DNA from: Laetmonice hystrix
Lineage: Eukaryota
DNA: 64,000 nucleotides
Direction: 5' to 3'
Assembly (NCBI GenBank): GCA_965235115.1
Contig: OZ249439.1
Coordinates: 22,258,001 to 22,322,000 of the forward strand
Shown: in pieces, positions 51,595 through 62,303 of the stretch
Layout: each line of letters begins with the position of its first letter
Position numbering within the stretch: the first letter of the stretch is position 1
The notes under the pieces: model-generated
Database searches by the model: none
Told to the model about the DNA's origin: nothing
The model's input: only the letters and a program-made list of their open reading frames with translations
Program-made: the position numbers and the translations under genes

Positions 51595-53313
51595 GTGGTG
51601 GAAGTGTTGATCGAGTCAGGAGCTCGAATAACGGAAGTTGACAATGATGGTCGAATTCCCCTGATTCTCGGGGCCCAGGAAGGCCATGTCGGTGTGGTCG
51701 CTACGCTGCTCGAGGCGGGGGCACCAATAGAAGCTCGCGCTCATGATGGTAAGACGGCACTACGTGTGTCGGCATTGGAGGGCCACAAGGACGTGGTTCA
51801 GTACCTCGTGGCCCATGGAGCCGACGTCAATTACAAGGATGCAGACGGAAGGTCGACACTGTATGTTCTGGCGCTGGAGAACCATGTGGCAATGGCCGAG
51901 TACTTGCTCGATCAAGATGCTCTAGTGGAGAGTTGTGACCTGGAGGGTCGCACTGCGCTGCATGTGGCAGCGTGGCAGGGCCATTGCGAAATGGTTGAGC
52001 TGCTCTTGAACAACAGTGCGTGCGTTAACGCTGTGGATAATGACCGACGAACTGCGCTGCAGTCAGCAGCTTGGCAGGGCCATGTCAGTATCGTCAAGCT
52101 CCTCTTGGAGCGAGGTGCTAATGTTGATCATACTTGTAACCAAGGGGCAACAGCGCTCTGCATCGCAGCCCAGGAAGGGCATGAAGAGGTGGTGAAGGTG
52201 CTGCTTCAGTTTCATGCGAACCCGAACCACGCCGACCAGTACGGGCGCACAGCAACGCGAGTGGCACTGAAGGGCGGTCACATGAGTGTGGTCAAACTCC
52301 TTGAAGAACACGGAGCCCAGCCTTTAAACGGGGCAAATACACGACGTAGTGTGGTTTCTACGACATCCGGCTCGACCATGGATGGCAAAGCGTCCGTGTT
52401 GTACACAGGAGTTCCGGCGTTCCACCACAGCCATGCGTACAGCAGCCAGGCCCAGAACAGCCACCGCCAGCATCGCCAACACCATCACCACCACCACCAC
52501 ACTACGTCGCCGCCCGATTCACCGGGCGACTCCTATGACCGCCGCAAATCGTACCTCTCCAACAACTCCAAGTCCTCTGGCAACTTGACGGCCTCCAACA
52601 CGTCGTCGACCAACCAGAGCTCGAGCACTGCGGGAAGTATGGACTCTCCGGGACTGTCTTTCACTCAGCAGTTACAGCAGTGTTCGATGGCCAGGAACAG
52701 GAACCGTCCATTGAGTCGGGTTTTGTCGCCGGTCAGCGAGCCACAGTCCCCAGTACACTCCCCGCCGGGCTCGCCTCTCAGTGAAATCCAAAGCCTCGCT
52801 CCAAGAATCACACCGGAAATGCAGTCGCCGGTGTCGACCAAACAGAACAGTCCACGGCGAGACACCATAACAAAACCTGTAAACATCATCGCCAACCCAC
52901 ACACAGAGCTAACCAATAATGCGAACTCCCCAGACGAACCAATCTGGCAACGCATCTCTGATGTCAACCAGGCGGAAGCCAAGCGCAGTTCTTCAACCCA
53001 GGATTCAAAAAGCGGAAGCAGTAGTGCTGTGAGTTCTCTGAAATCTCCAGACACAGCACGGCGCAAACGCAACGGAATTGTCACAAATCCGAATTACTCC
53101 AAAGGTGGCAACATTGTTAATATTAACGGATACTTTAACAAGCTTGCCAATCTACCCGACAGTATGGATAACTATTCTGTGTCAACCAATGGCAATGGAC
53201 AGGTACCTGTTCCGCCGGAACGCCAGCAGAACGGTAGCGGGTCCCTCTCGATACACAAACCTCGGGCTGTGCGCCCCAATGGACTCCCTATCAAGAAGGA
53301 AACACCTCTATGA
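51595..53313 (+). CDS. ANKRD50: Terminal coding exon of an ANKRD50 (ankyrin repeat domain 50) orthologue; partial CDS, upstream exons not found in the window
   Basis: Polypyrimidine tract and AG (…ttgatttctttctcgtttcag, 51575-51594) give a phase-0 start at VVEVLIESGA. It encodes 7 complete ankyrin repeats plus a partial one (DNDGRIPLILGAQEGH, DGKTALRVSALEGH, KDADGRSTLYVLALEN, EGRTALHVAAWQGH, RTALQSAAWQGH, HTCNQGATALCIAAQEGH, HADQYGRTA). These match, in order, the last repeats of vertebrate ANKRD50 as I recall them. Tail motifs LSFTQQ, KRNGIVTNPNY and terminal KKETPL also match ANKRD50. Stop TGA at 53311-53313. Confidence 0.93.
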   Translation: MVEVLIESGARITEVDNDGRIPLILGAQEGHVGVVATLLEAGAPIEARAHDGKTALRVSALEGHKDVVQYLVAHGADVNYKDADGRSTLYVLALENHVAMAEYLLDQDALVESCDLEGRTALHVAAWQGHCEMVELLLNNSACVNAVDNDRRTALQSAAWQGHVSIVKLLLERGANVDHTCNQGATALCIAAQEGHEEVVKVLLQFHANPNHADQYGRTATRVALKGGHMSVVKLLEEHGAQPLNGANTRRSVVSTTSGSTMDGKASVLYTGVPAFHHSHAYSSQAQNSHRQHRQHHHHHHHTTSPPDSPGDSYDRRKSYLSNNSKSSGNLTASNTSSTNQSSSTAGSMDSPGLSFTQQLQQCSMARNRNRPLSRVLSPVSEPQSPVHSPPGSPLSEIQSLAPRITPEMQSPVSTKQNSPRRDTITKPVNIIANPHTELTNNANSPDEPIWQRISDVNQAEAKRSSSTQDSKSGSSSAVSSLKSPDTARRKRNGIVTNPNYSKGGNIVNINGYFNKLANLPDSMDNYSVSTNGNGQVPVPPERQQNGSGSLSIHKPRAVRPNGLPIKKETPL

Positions 53314-53330
53314 TTCCATCTCCCCTTTAA

Positions 53331-53339
53331 AAGGTGAGT
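53331..53339 (+). other. Putative 5' splice donor in the ANKRD50 3' UTR (AAG|GTGAGT)
   Basis: Near-consensus donor, exon end at 53333, 20 nt after the stop codon. A candidate acceptor is ttcttgccacccttctatag ending at 53489. Confidence 0.55.
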
Positions 53340-53749
53340 GCTTCTCATATTCTGTGGCAGATATCTTAAGGTCAAGAAAAAAGATATAACGACGAAATTG
53401 CCCCCTACCATTATGAATCAGCCATTATCTGTAACCTAGAGTTCAATGATTTGATGATTTATTTAGTTATTCTTGCCACCCTTCTATAGATTCTCTGAGA
53501 ATAATATGCTTTGAGAAGTGTTTTTATCCACATGAAAAGTGCCTGGTATGTAACCCCAAACCAAGCTAATGCATGTGGAAACTCTGAATTCTGCTGTAGT
53601 TGTATCAAAGAGAAAAGAATTACTTTGATTTAGAACACCACAGGTACAGGACTAAACACAAGCCTTGTTACTAAACAATGGAGTCTGTCATTTACCGAGT
53701 ACAGGTGACATGTGTACATATATATAAACATGCACATAGTGCACTCAGT

Positions 53750-54330
53750 CACTCGGATCCCAGGTCGGTTACCTGTCAGGGACAGATTTATATACTGTCA
53801 GACAGCCAGGGTTGAGCTGGGCTGGGTACGGATCCTTGGCCTCCAGGAGAAGGAGTAGACCTATTAGTGGGCCAGTGACAGGATCGGTGGTGATCACTGG
53901 ATCCCAGGCCGGTTACCTGTCAGGGACAGATTTATATACTGTCAGACAGCCAGGGTTGAGCTGGGCTGGGTACGGATCCTTGGCCTCCAGTAGGAGGAGT
54001 AGACCTATTAGTGGGCCAGTGACAGGATCGGTGGTGATCACTGGATCCCAGGTCGGTTACCTGTCAGGGACAGATTTATATACTGTCAGACAGCCAGGGT
54101 TGAGCTGGGCTGGGTACGGATCCTTGGCCTCCAGTAGGAGGAGTAGACCTATTAGTGGGCCAGTGACAGGATCGGTGGTGATCACTGGACCCCAGGTCGG
54201 TTACCTGTCAGGGAGAGATTTATATACTGTCAGACAGCCAGGGTTGAGCTGGGCTGGGTACGGATCCTTGGCCTCCAGTAGGAGGAGTAGACCTATTAGT
54301 GGGCCAGTGACAGGATCGGTGGTGATCACT
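53750..54330. repeat. Tandem repeat, 144-bp unit, 4 copies, ~440 bp downstream of the ANKRD50 stop
   Basis: gctgggtacgg at 53821 and 53965; copies are nearly identical. Confidence 0.97.
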
Positions 54331-55233
54331 TGGCACGGCGGCCGGCCCTGATTAAAGAACTAGGTTAGAGGGTATGTCAGGTGTAGGGTACATCTGACCC
54401 ACTGGCCAGCCGCCAGGTGAGAGATTGGGCTGGGGCCAGCATGTCGGAAGGCATTCCTTGAGACAGCAGAGCAACAAAAAAAGGAAGGTTTTAAGAACAA
54501 GGACGGAGTCGACCTACGAGTATTCTGCCTGAAGCAGTGCATTAGGGGTAAGGCGACGAGCAAAGCAAGCATGTATTGCAGTGTACCGTATTCTGGTACC
54601 CTTATACTTCTTCATGATTTGAAGGAAGTTGACGGTTACTGTATAGAGTAACGATGTCTCAAGTCTCTCGCTGTCAGCAAATGAACAAAAATGCACCAAT
54701 TGATGATATGGAATCTCTAGCTTAGGGACAACTGCGGAATTTTGTGTATCCCTTCTCTATGATAGGCAAAACTTTGCATTGTGCAGAGTTCACATCTGAA
54801 CATCATTTTATGGTTGGTTATGAAAAAAACCATGACTGTTATAAATTGATAGTTCCTAGTCACACCATGCGGTTGGTAAATTATCCCATGTACTGACGTG
54901 TCCGTCTGAAATGGTAGCTCTCATAAATTTTAAAGCCAGGTTTATTTATGACCAACAATAAACCTTGCCACTGGAAAATTTATCTTTGCTATAAAAGTGT
55001 ATTGAATCGACCAGGTGTGGTAATGTTTGCTGAGGTTGTTTGACCAAGTTTCTAAATCATGTGTTAATGGTACTATTTGTACATTGAACCAATAGTTAAA
55101 TTTTCTGAAGAAACAATTCTATTGATGAATGTACAGTAATTGGAACTATTGCTCTGGTTGACGAATTGTTGAAAGCCCTTCTTGTAGTGGATGTCTGCTT
55201 ATTGTACGGCGGTTGGTATGTGTAATTTTTAAT

Positions 55234-57473
55234 TGGCTGTACCTTCACTGTCTTACCACCAATATTCCCAGTCTGGCTGTACCTTCACTGTCTTACCACC
55301 AATATTCCCAGTCTGGCTGTACCTTCACTGTCTCACCACCAATATTCCCAGTCTGGCTGTACCTTCCCCGGTCTCACCACCAATATTCCCAGTCTGGCTG
55401 TACCTTCCCCGGTCTCACCACCAATATTCCCAGTCTGGCTGTACCTTCCCCAGTCTCACCACCAATATTCCCAGTCTGGCTGTACCTTCCCCGGTCTCAC
55501 CACCAATATTCCCAGTCTGGCTGTACCTTCCCCAGTCTCACCACCAATATTCCCAGTCTGGCTGTACCTTCCCCGGTCTCACCACCAATATTCCCAGTCT
55601 GGCTGTACCTTCCCCGGTCTCAACACCAATATTCCCAGTCTGGCTGTACCTTCCCTGGTCTCACCACCAATATTCCCAGTCTGGCTGTACCTTCCCCAGT
55701 CTCACCACCATTATTCCCAGTCTGGCTGTACCTTCCCCGGTCTCACCACCAATATTCCCAGTCTGGCTGTACCTTCACTGTCTCACCACCAATATTCCCA
55801 GTCTGGCTGTACCTTCACTGTCTCACCACCAATATTCCCAGTCTGGCTGTACCTTCACTGTCTCACCACCAATATTCCCAGTCTGGCTGTACCTTCACTG
55901 TCTTACCACCAATATTCCCAGTCTGGCTGTACCTTCCCCGGTCTCACCACCAATATTCCCAGTCTGGCTGTACCTTCACTGTCTCACCACCAATATTCCC
56001 AGTCTGGCTGTACCTTCACTGTCTCACCACCAATATTCCCAGTCTGGCTGTACCTTCACTGTCTCACCACCAATATTCCCAGTCTGGCTGTACCTTCACT
56101 GTCTCACCACCAATATTCCCAGTCTGGCTGTACCTTCACTGTCTCACCACCAATATTCCCAGTCTGGCTGTACCTTCACTGTCTCACCACCAATATTCCC
56201 AGTCTGGCTGTACCTTCACTGTCTCACCACCAATATTCCCAGTCTGGCTGTACCTTCACTGTCTCACCACCAATATTCCCAGTCTGGCTGTACCTTCACT
56301 GTCTCACCACCAATATTCCCAGTCTGGCTGTACCTTCACTGTCTCACCACCAATATTCCCAGTCTGGCTGTACCTTCACTGTCTCACCACCAATATTCCC
56401 AGTCTGGCTGTACCTTCCCCAGTCTCACCACCAATATTCCCAGTCTGGCTGTACCTTCACTGTCTCACCACCAATATTCCCAGTCTGGCTGTACCTTCAC
56501 TGTCTCACCACCAATATTCCCAGTCTGGCTGTACCTTCACTGTCTCACCACCAATATTCCCAGTCTGGCTGTACCTTCACTGTCTCACCACCAATATTCC
56601 CAGTCTGGCTGTACCTTCACTGTCTCACCACCAACATTCCCAGTCTGGCTGTACCTTCACTGTCTCACCACCAATATTCCCAGTCTGGCTGTACCTTCAC
56701 TGTCTCACCACCAACATTCCCAGTCTGGCTGTACCTTCACTGTCTCACCACCAATATTCCCAGTCTGGCTGTACCTTCACTGTCTCACCACCAATATTCC
56801 CAGTCTGGCTGTACCTTCCCCGGTCTTACCACCAATATTCCCAGTCTGGCTGTACCTTCACTGTCTCACCACCAATATTCCCAGTCTGGCTGTACCTTCA
56901 CTGTCTCACCACCAATATTCCCAGTCTGGCTGTACCTTCACTGTCTCACCACCAATATTCCCAGTCTGGCTGTACCTTCACTGTCTCACCACCAATATTC
57001 CCAGTCTGGCTGTACCTTCACTGTCTCACCACCAATATTCCCAGTCTGGCTGTACCTTCACTGTCTCACCACCAATATTCCCAGTCTGGCTGTACCTTCC
57101 CCAGTCTCACCACCAATATTCCCAGTCTGGCTGTACCTTCCCCAGTCTCACCACCAATATTCCCAGTCTGGCTGTACCTTCCCCGGTCTCACCACCAATA
57201 TTCCCAGTCTGGCTGTACCTTCACTGTCTCACCACCAATATTCCCAGTCTGGCTGTACCTTCCCCGGTCTCACCACCAATATTCCCAGTCTGGCTGTACC
57301 TTCTCCAGTCTCACCACCAATATTCCCAGTCTGGCTGTACCTTCCCCGGTCTCACCACCAATATTCCCAGTCTGGCTGTACCTTCCCCAGTCTCACCACC
57401 AATATTCCCAGTCTGGCTGTACCTTCACTGTCTCCCCACCAATATTCCCAGTCTGGCTGTACCTTCCCCGGTC
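55234..57473. repeat. Minisatellite, 40/41-bp units, ~55 copies (largest array in the window)
   Basis: Unit ccaatattcccagtctggctgtaccttc[actg or cccgg or cccag]tctcacca. Confidence 0.98.
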
Positions 57474-58628
57474 CCATTAGCAGCGCTGCGGTTAATGAAT
57501 CCCATGTTGACATGACGATTGCGTGTTAATTGCTATATGTAAATGGACGGCTTGCCTGCGGAAGAGCACTTAACAGAGTCATTACGATGGCTCTACTGTA
57601 GTTTCCCCATGGATATTTCCAGGCAGCCTTTTTTTTAATAGATCTGCAGTTTAAACTTTGCTGCTTTCAACTTGCAAACTTGAAGAAAAGTATTCAAGAG
57701 TCACTTTTGATTATATGACGTCTCTGATGGGAAGAAGAGATTTGTGAAAAAGTTGACAACATGTTTGTTGAATCACTATACGTCAGTGTAACTTAATGGT
57801 TTATTGGAAGTGAAGAACACTTAAGTGGTTAGAGCTACGCATGAGTTTTATTTTGGTGAAAGAAAATATCTTTATTTATCATTGGTATAAAACAAACATC
57901 ATATCTCCTGAACTCTTTGCCAAGGGTTATGCCCTCTTGTTGGGTTCCTGTCTAGCTATTTTGGCTGTATCTCTTTGGCAGCACGCCAGCAGGCACGACG
58001 TCTTTCAGAAGAACCAACACTCTCAATACTTTTTCTGTCAGTCAGTTCGTGGAGGAGAAAAACTCGCAAATCGACGGCATTCAACGGCAGTTTTCACATT
58101 GGGAGGCCTCCAGCATTGAGAAACCCACACTGTATGGCGGCCTGCCAGGAAAACCCCCCAGTCGGCACTGTGTGTCGGGCCGGACACATCAAACGACATG
58201 ATTAATATGATGTGCGGCAGGCAGTGGGACTGGAGTTGGGCCAGATTTAGACCGACAATAGTAGCCCCCAGTAACTGGAGGTCGGAGGGAGGTGGGGGGG
58301 GGGGGGGGGCAAGGCTGAACCCTGCTACCGGTGTAGGCATGTGGGGCCGTCATGTGGCCAGTGGCAACAGGTAGTGAGATTCAGAGCATAGTGAATGGAA
58401 TCCGCCTGTGGTAGTCTGTGTGGTCAGTGAGTTACATTTCAATTGTTAAACAGTGCATTTATATGTGATCGACTGGTAATTGAGAATAAAAGTATTTTAG
58501 GATGGGAGAGAGTGGTTGCTAAATCAAGTTGAGAAGTGAAATCCTTCTTGTTGAGATGTTACATGTATTTAGAGATGTTGTTATGACGAGAAGGTTGTCC
58601 ACAAGGAACCAGGAAATTAAACTGGGAA

Positions 58629-58852
58629 CGGGACCAGAGCAAGTCTAGGCTGCGGGACCAGAGCAAGTCTAGGCTGCGGGACCAGAGCAAGTCTGGGCTG
58701 CGGGACCAGAGCAAGTCTAGGCTGCGGGACCAGAGCAAGTCTAGGCTGCGGAACCAGAGCAAGTCTAGGCTGCGGAACCAGAGCAAGTCTAGGCTGCGGG
58801 ACCAGAGCAAGTCTAGGCTGCGGAACCAGAGCAAGTCTAGGCTGCGGGACCA
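58629..58852. repeat. Minisatellite, 24-bp unit, ~9 copies
   Basis: Unit cgggaccagagcaagtctaggctg. Confidence 0.96.
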
Positions 58853-59205
58853 CAAGGATGCTTGCAAGATATTTGGTTCGAGTTCTCTCGCCAGGGGTGA
58901 TGCAGGTGGTTTCTGACCTGCACGCAGTCATTCACTGGAAATATCTTTCACGAAACTTCAAGGGACAAAATTTGCCCTTCCAGTTCAGACTGTGAATTGT
59001 TACATGTGTCAGACGTATGTAAATGTGACCTACTTCTGCTCCGACGTTAAGAAGGAAATGACTGACCGAATTATACAGATGAGGCTGGACGATGTTCATG
59101 ATTAGAATCATGCAAGCACTGACCTAATTAACTCTCAACAAATGTATGTCGATTAGTCTTTGTCTCAAAGAGTCTCTTTGTTCAAAGATAAAGTTGTCGA
59201 CAATC

Positions 59206-60194
59206 TGCAGGGTCCTGGTCAGAACATTTCGTCAAGGATAAAGCTATTGACAGCTTGCAGGGTCCTGGTCAGAACATTTCATGAAGGATAAAGCTATTGA
59301 CAGCGTGCAGGGTCCTGGTCAGAACATTTCGTCAAGGATGAAGCTATTGACAGCGTGCAGGGTCCTGGTCAGAACATTTCATGAAGGATGAAGCTATTGA
59401 CAGCGTGCAGGGTCCTGGTCAGAACATTTCGTCAAGGATGAAGCTATTGACAGCGTGCAGGGTCCTGGTCAGAACATTTCATGAAGGATGAAGCTATTGA
59501 CAGCGTGCAGGGTCCTGGTCAGAACATTTCATGAAGGATGAAGCGATTGACAGCGTGCAGGGTCCTGGTCAGAACATTTCATGAAGGATGAAGCTATTGA
59601 CAGCGTGCAGGGTCCTGGTCAGAACATTTCATGAAGGATGAAGCGATTGACAGCGTGCAGGGTCCTGGTCAGAACATTTCATGAAGGATGAAGCTATTGA
59701 CAGCGTGCAGGGTCCTGGTCAGAACATTTCATGAAGGATAAAGCTATTGACAGCGTGCAGGGTCCTGGTCAGAACATTTCATGAAGGATGAAGCTATTGA
59801 CAGCGTGCAGGGTCCTGGTCAGAACATTTCGTCAAGGATGAAGCTATTGACAGCGTGCAGGGTCCTGGTCAGAACATTTCATGAAGGATGAAGCTATTGA
59901 CAGCGTGCAGGGTCCTGGTCAGAACATTTCATGAAGGGTGAAGCTATTGACAGCGTGCAGGGTCCTGGTCAGAACATTTCATGAAGGATAAAGCTATTGA
60001 CAGCGTGCAGGGTCCTGGTCAGAACATTTCATGAAGGATGAAGCTATTGACAGCGTGCAGGGTCCTGGTCAGAACATTTCATGAAGGATGAAGCGATTGA
60101 CAGCGTGCAGGGTCCTGGTCAGAACATTTCATGAAGGATGAAGCTATTGAGAGCTTGTAGGGTCCTGGTCAGAACATTTCGTCAAGGACGAAGG
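59206..60194. repeat. Minisatellite, 50-bp unit, ~20 copies
   Basis: Unit cagcgtgcagggtcctggtcagaacatttc(atga or gtca)aggatgaagctattga. Unrelated in sequence to the 50-bp array at 39.5 kb. Confidence 0.97.
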
Positions 60195-60408
60195 AAGGTC
60201 TGACAGCCTGTAGGGGTTTCATCAAGGATTAGGCTGTTTCTGTGGCGGAGGCTGCCTAAATGTTGCTGAATCATCTCGACATTCTGATGAAGTAGAAGTG
60301 CAGTAATGGATTCGTAGATAGCTCTGTCTCAGCAGTCAGATGCTGATTGTACGAGTTTTACCTGTTTCACATGAATGAATAAGGGATAGAAACAAATTGT
60401 TCGCAATC

Positions 60409-60430
60409 TGTGTGTGTGTGTGTGTGTGTG
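60409..60430. repeat. (TG)n microsatellite
   Basis: About 11 consecutive TG units. Confidence 0.9.
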
Positions 60431-61243
60431 CTTGCCGTCCACCTAATGACATACACTGATCCATGTCGTCGTCAGAGATAGACATGTATGGAAGCAGGTA
60501 AAACCAGTGGTCGCGATGTCACGTTTTGTGAAGGAGAAGTTCGCTATTACCTGACAGAGAAGTTCTGCGACAGGACCGCGGTAATTCAGTAATCTAGAGT
60601 TTTTAACACTTTTATCTGTTATTAATTGGAAGCACCGGTGGGTTTTTTTGGTCGGGGGGGGGGAGACAAAATCGAAGTAGTTTCTGCCAACCAATTTCAC
60701 ACAATATTATCATTCAATTAATGTGCGTCTAAATGCATTTCCTGAGCTAAATATGGATTTAACCGAAACAGTAAAGTTTACTACGAGAGGCCGATTACTA
60801 TAATAATTTATAGGTACTTGGTGATATCCGCTTGGAGTGGTGTAAATTTGAATCTCATAGCTTGGCCCTTCAGTAACCAACTGCCACTGTATCCTAGGTT
60901 TAAGCACGTTATAATCTTTTGATGAATTGCTCTGATCTGTGATCAGAGAAAAGAAACGAAATCGATGATATTATGGTCGGTACGTGAAGTGACCAGTAGA
61001 TCACTCACTGATACTGGAGAGTAGTGATAGGGTGGAGTGTAGGGAGGTGGGGGTGGGGGGTGGGGGGCTCCTCTCGAAGGCCTGGTGTTTAATAGAGGTA
61101 AATACTGATAATGGAAGAGGAAACCATGGTGACAGTAACTGATGTATCGGGATTGGGACAGACATGATGTATTGGTAGCGTGTTGAGGGAGTTTTCTCGT
61201 GAAATGACGACGAACATTGCCGGTGGCCAGTTGAGGATATGGA

Positions 61244-61508
61244 GGTGTGACTAGAGGATGGTCTGAGGATTGGTGGTGGGGAGAGGGGGCGACCTGCAAT
61301 AAGATGTGGGGCTGGTGACCTGAACAGACGGACGACTGGTGGTGTGACTAGAGGATGGTCTGAGGATTGGTGGTGGGGAGAGGGGGCGACCTGCAATAAG
61401 ATGTGGGGCTGGTGACCTGAACAGACGGACGACTGGTGTGACTAGAGGATGGTCTGAGGATTAGTGGTGGGGAGAGGGGGCGACCTGCAATAAGATGTGG
61501 GGCTGGTG
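61244..61508. repeat. Tandem repeat, 94-97-bp unit, ~2.8 copies
   Basis: ggtgtgactagaggatggtctgagg at 61244, 61341 and 61435. Confidence 0.93.
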
Positions 61509-61704
61509 TGGCGTCTATTGTCGTTTAGGGATGACCTGGGGACTTGATGCGTTGAGGCTGAGAATCTGAACCGTTTAACGTCCCATCGGGTTATCATTAA
61601 AAAAATGACCCCATAATAATATCTTTATTCGCACATTTAAAACAATGGAAGTAGAATATAATATAAGGTGAGCACAAGCCCACCATTGACTGAATGAGGC
61701 GGGC

Positions 61705-62303
61705 GCCATTGACTGCAGGCAACCAGTGTGGCAGTCAGACCAGGCAAGGCAGGGGGGAGGGACAGTCTCCCTGGGAATCCACAATGGTTTACTGTCAGGG
61801 CCATTGACTGCAGGCGACCAGTGTGGCAGTCAGACCAGGCAAGGCAGGGGGGGGGGGGAGAGGGGCAGTCTCCCTGGGAATCCACAATGGTTTACTGTCA
61901 GGGCCATTGACTGCAGGCGACCAGTGTGGCAGTCAGACCAGGCAAGGCAGGGGGGAGGGACAGTCTCCCTGGGAATCCACAATGGTTTACTGTCAGGGCC
62001 ATTGACTGCAGGCGACCAGTGTGGCAGTCAGACCAGGCAAGGCAGGGGGGGGGAGAGGGGCAGTCTCCCTGGGAATCCACAATGGTTTACTGTCAGGGCC
62101 ATTGACTGCAGGCGACCAGTGTGGCAGTCAGACCAGGCAAGGCAGGGGGGGGGGGAGAGGGGCAGTCTCCCTGGGAATCCACAATGGTTTACTGTCAGGG
62201 CCATTGACTGCAGGCGACCAGTGTGGCAGTCAGACCAGGCAAGGCAGGGGGAGGGGAAGAGGGACAGTCTCCCTGGGAATCCACAATGGTTTACTGTCAG
62301 GGC
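61705..62303. repeat. Tandem repeat, ~92-100-bp unit with a variable internal G-run, 6 copies
   Basis: Unit gccattgactgcaggcgaccagtgtggcagtcagaccaggcaaggca(G)n…cagtctccctgggaatccacaatggtttactgtcagg. Confidence 0.96.

Noticed and set aside
55213-57515. Two ~760-aa ORFs
   Set aside because: They are translations of the 40/41-bp minisatellite. Both frames cycle through the same three peptides, with no splice or domain support.
2412-62303. Possible CRISPR-like interpretation of the arrays
   Set aside because: All arrays are head-to-tail with no unique spacers; the context is eukaryotic and there are no cas-like ORFs.
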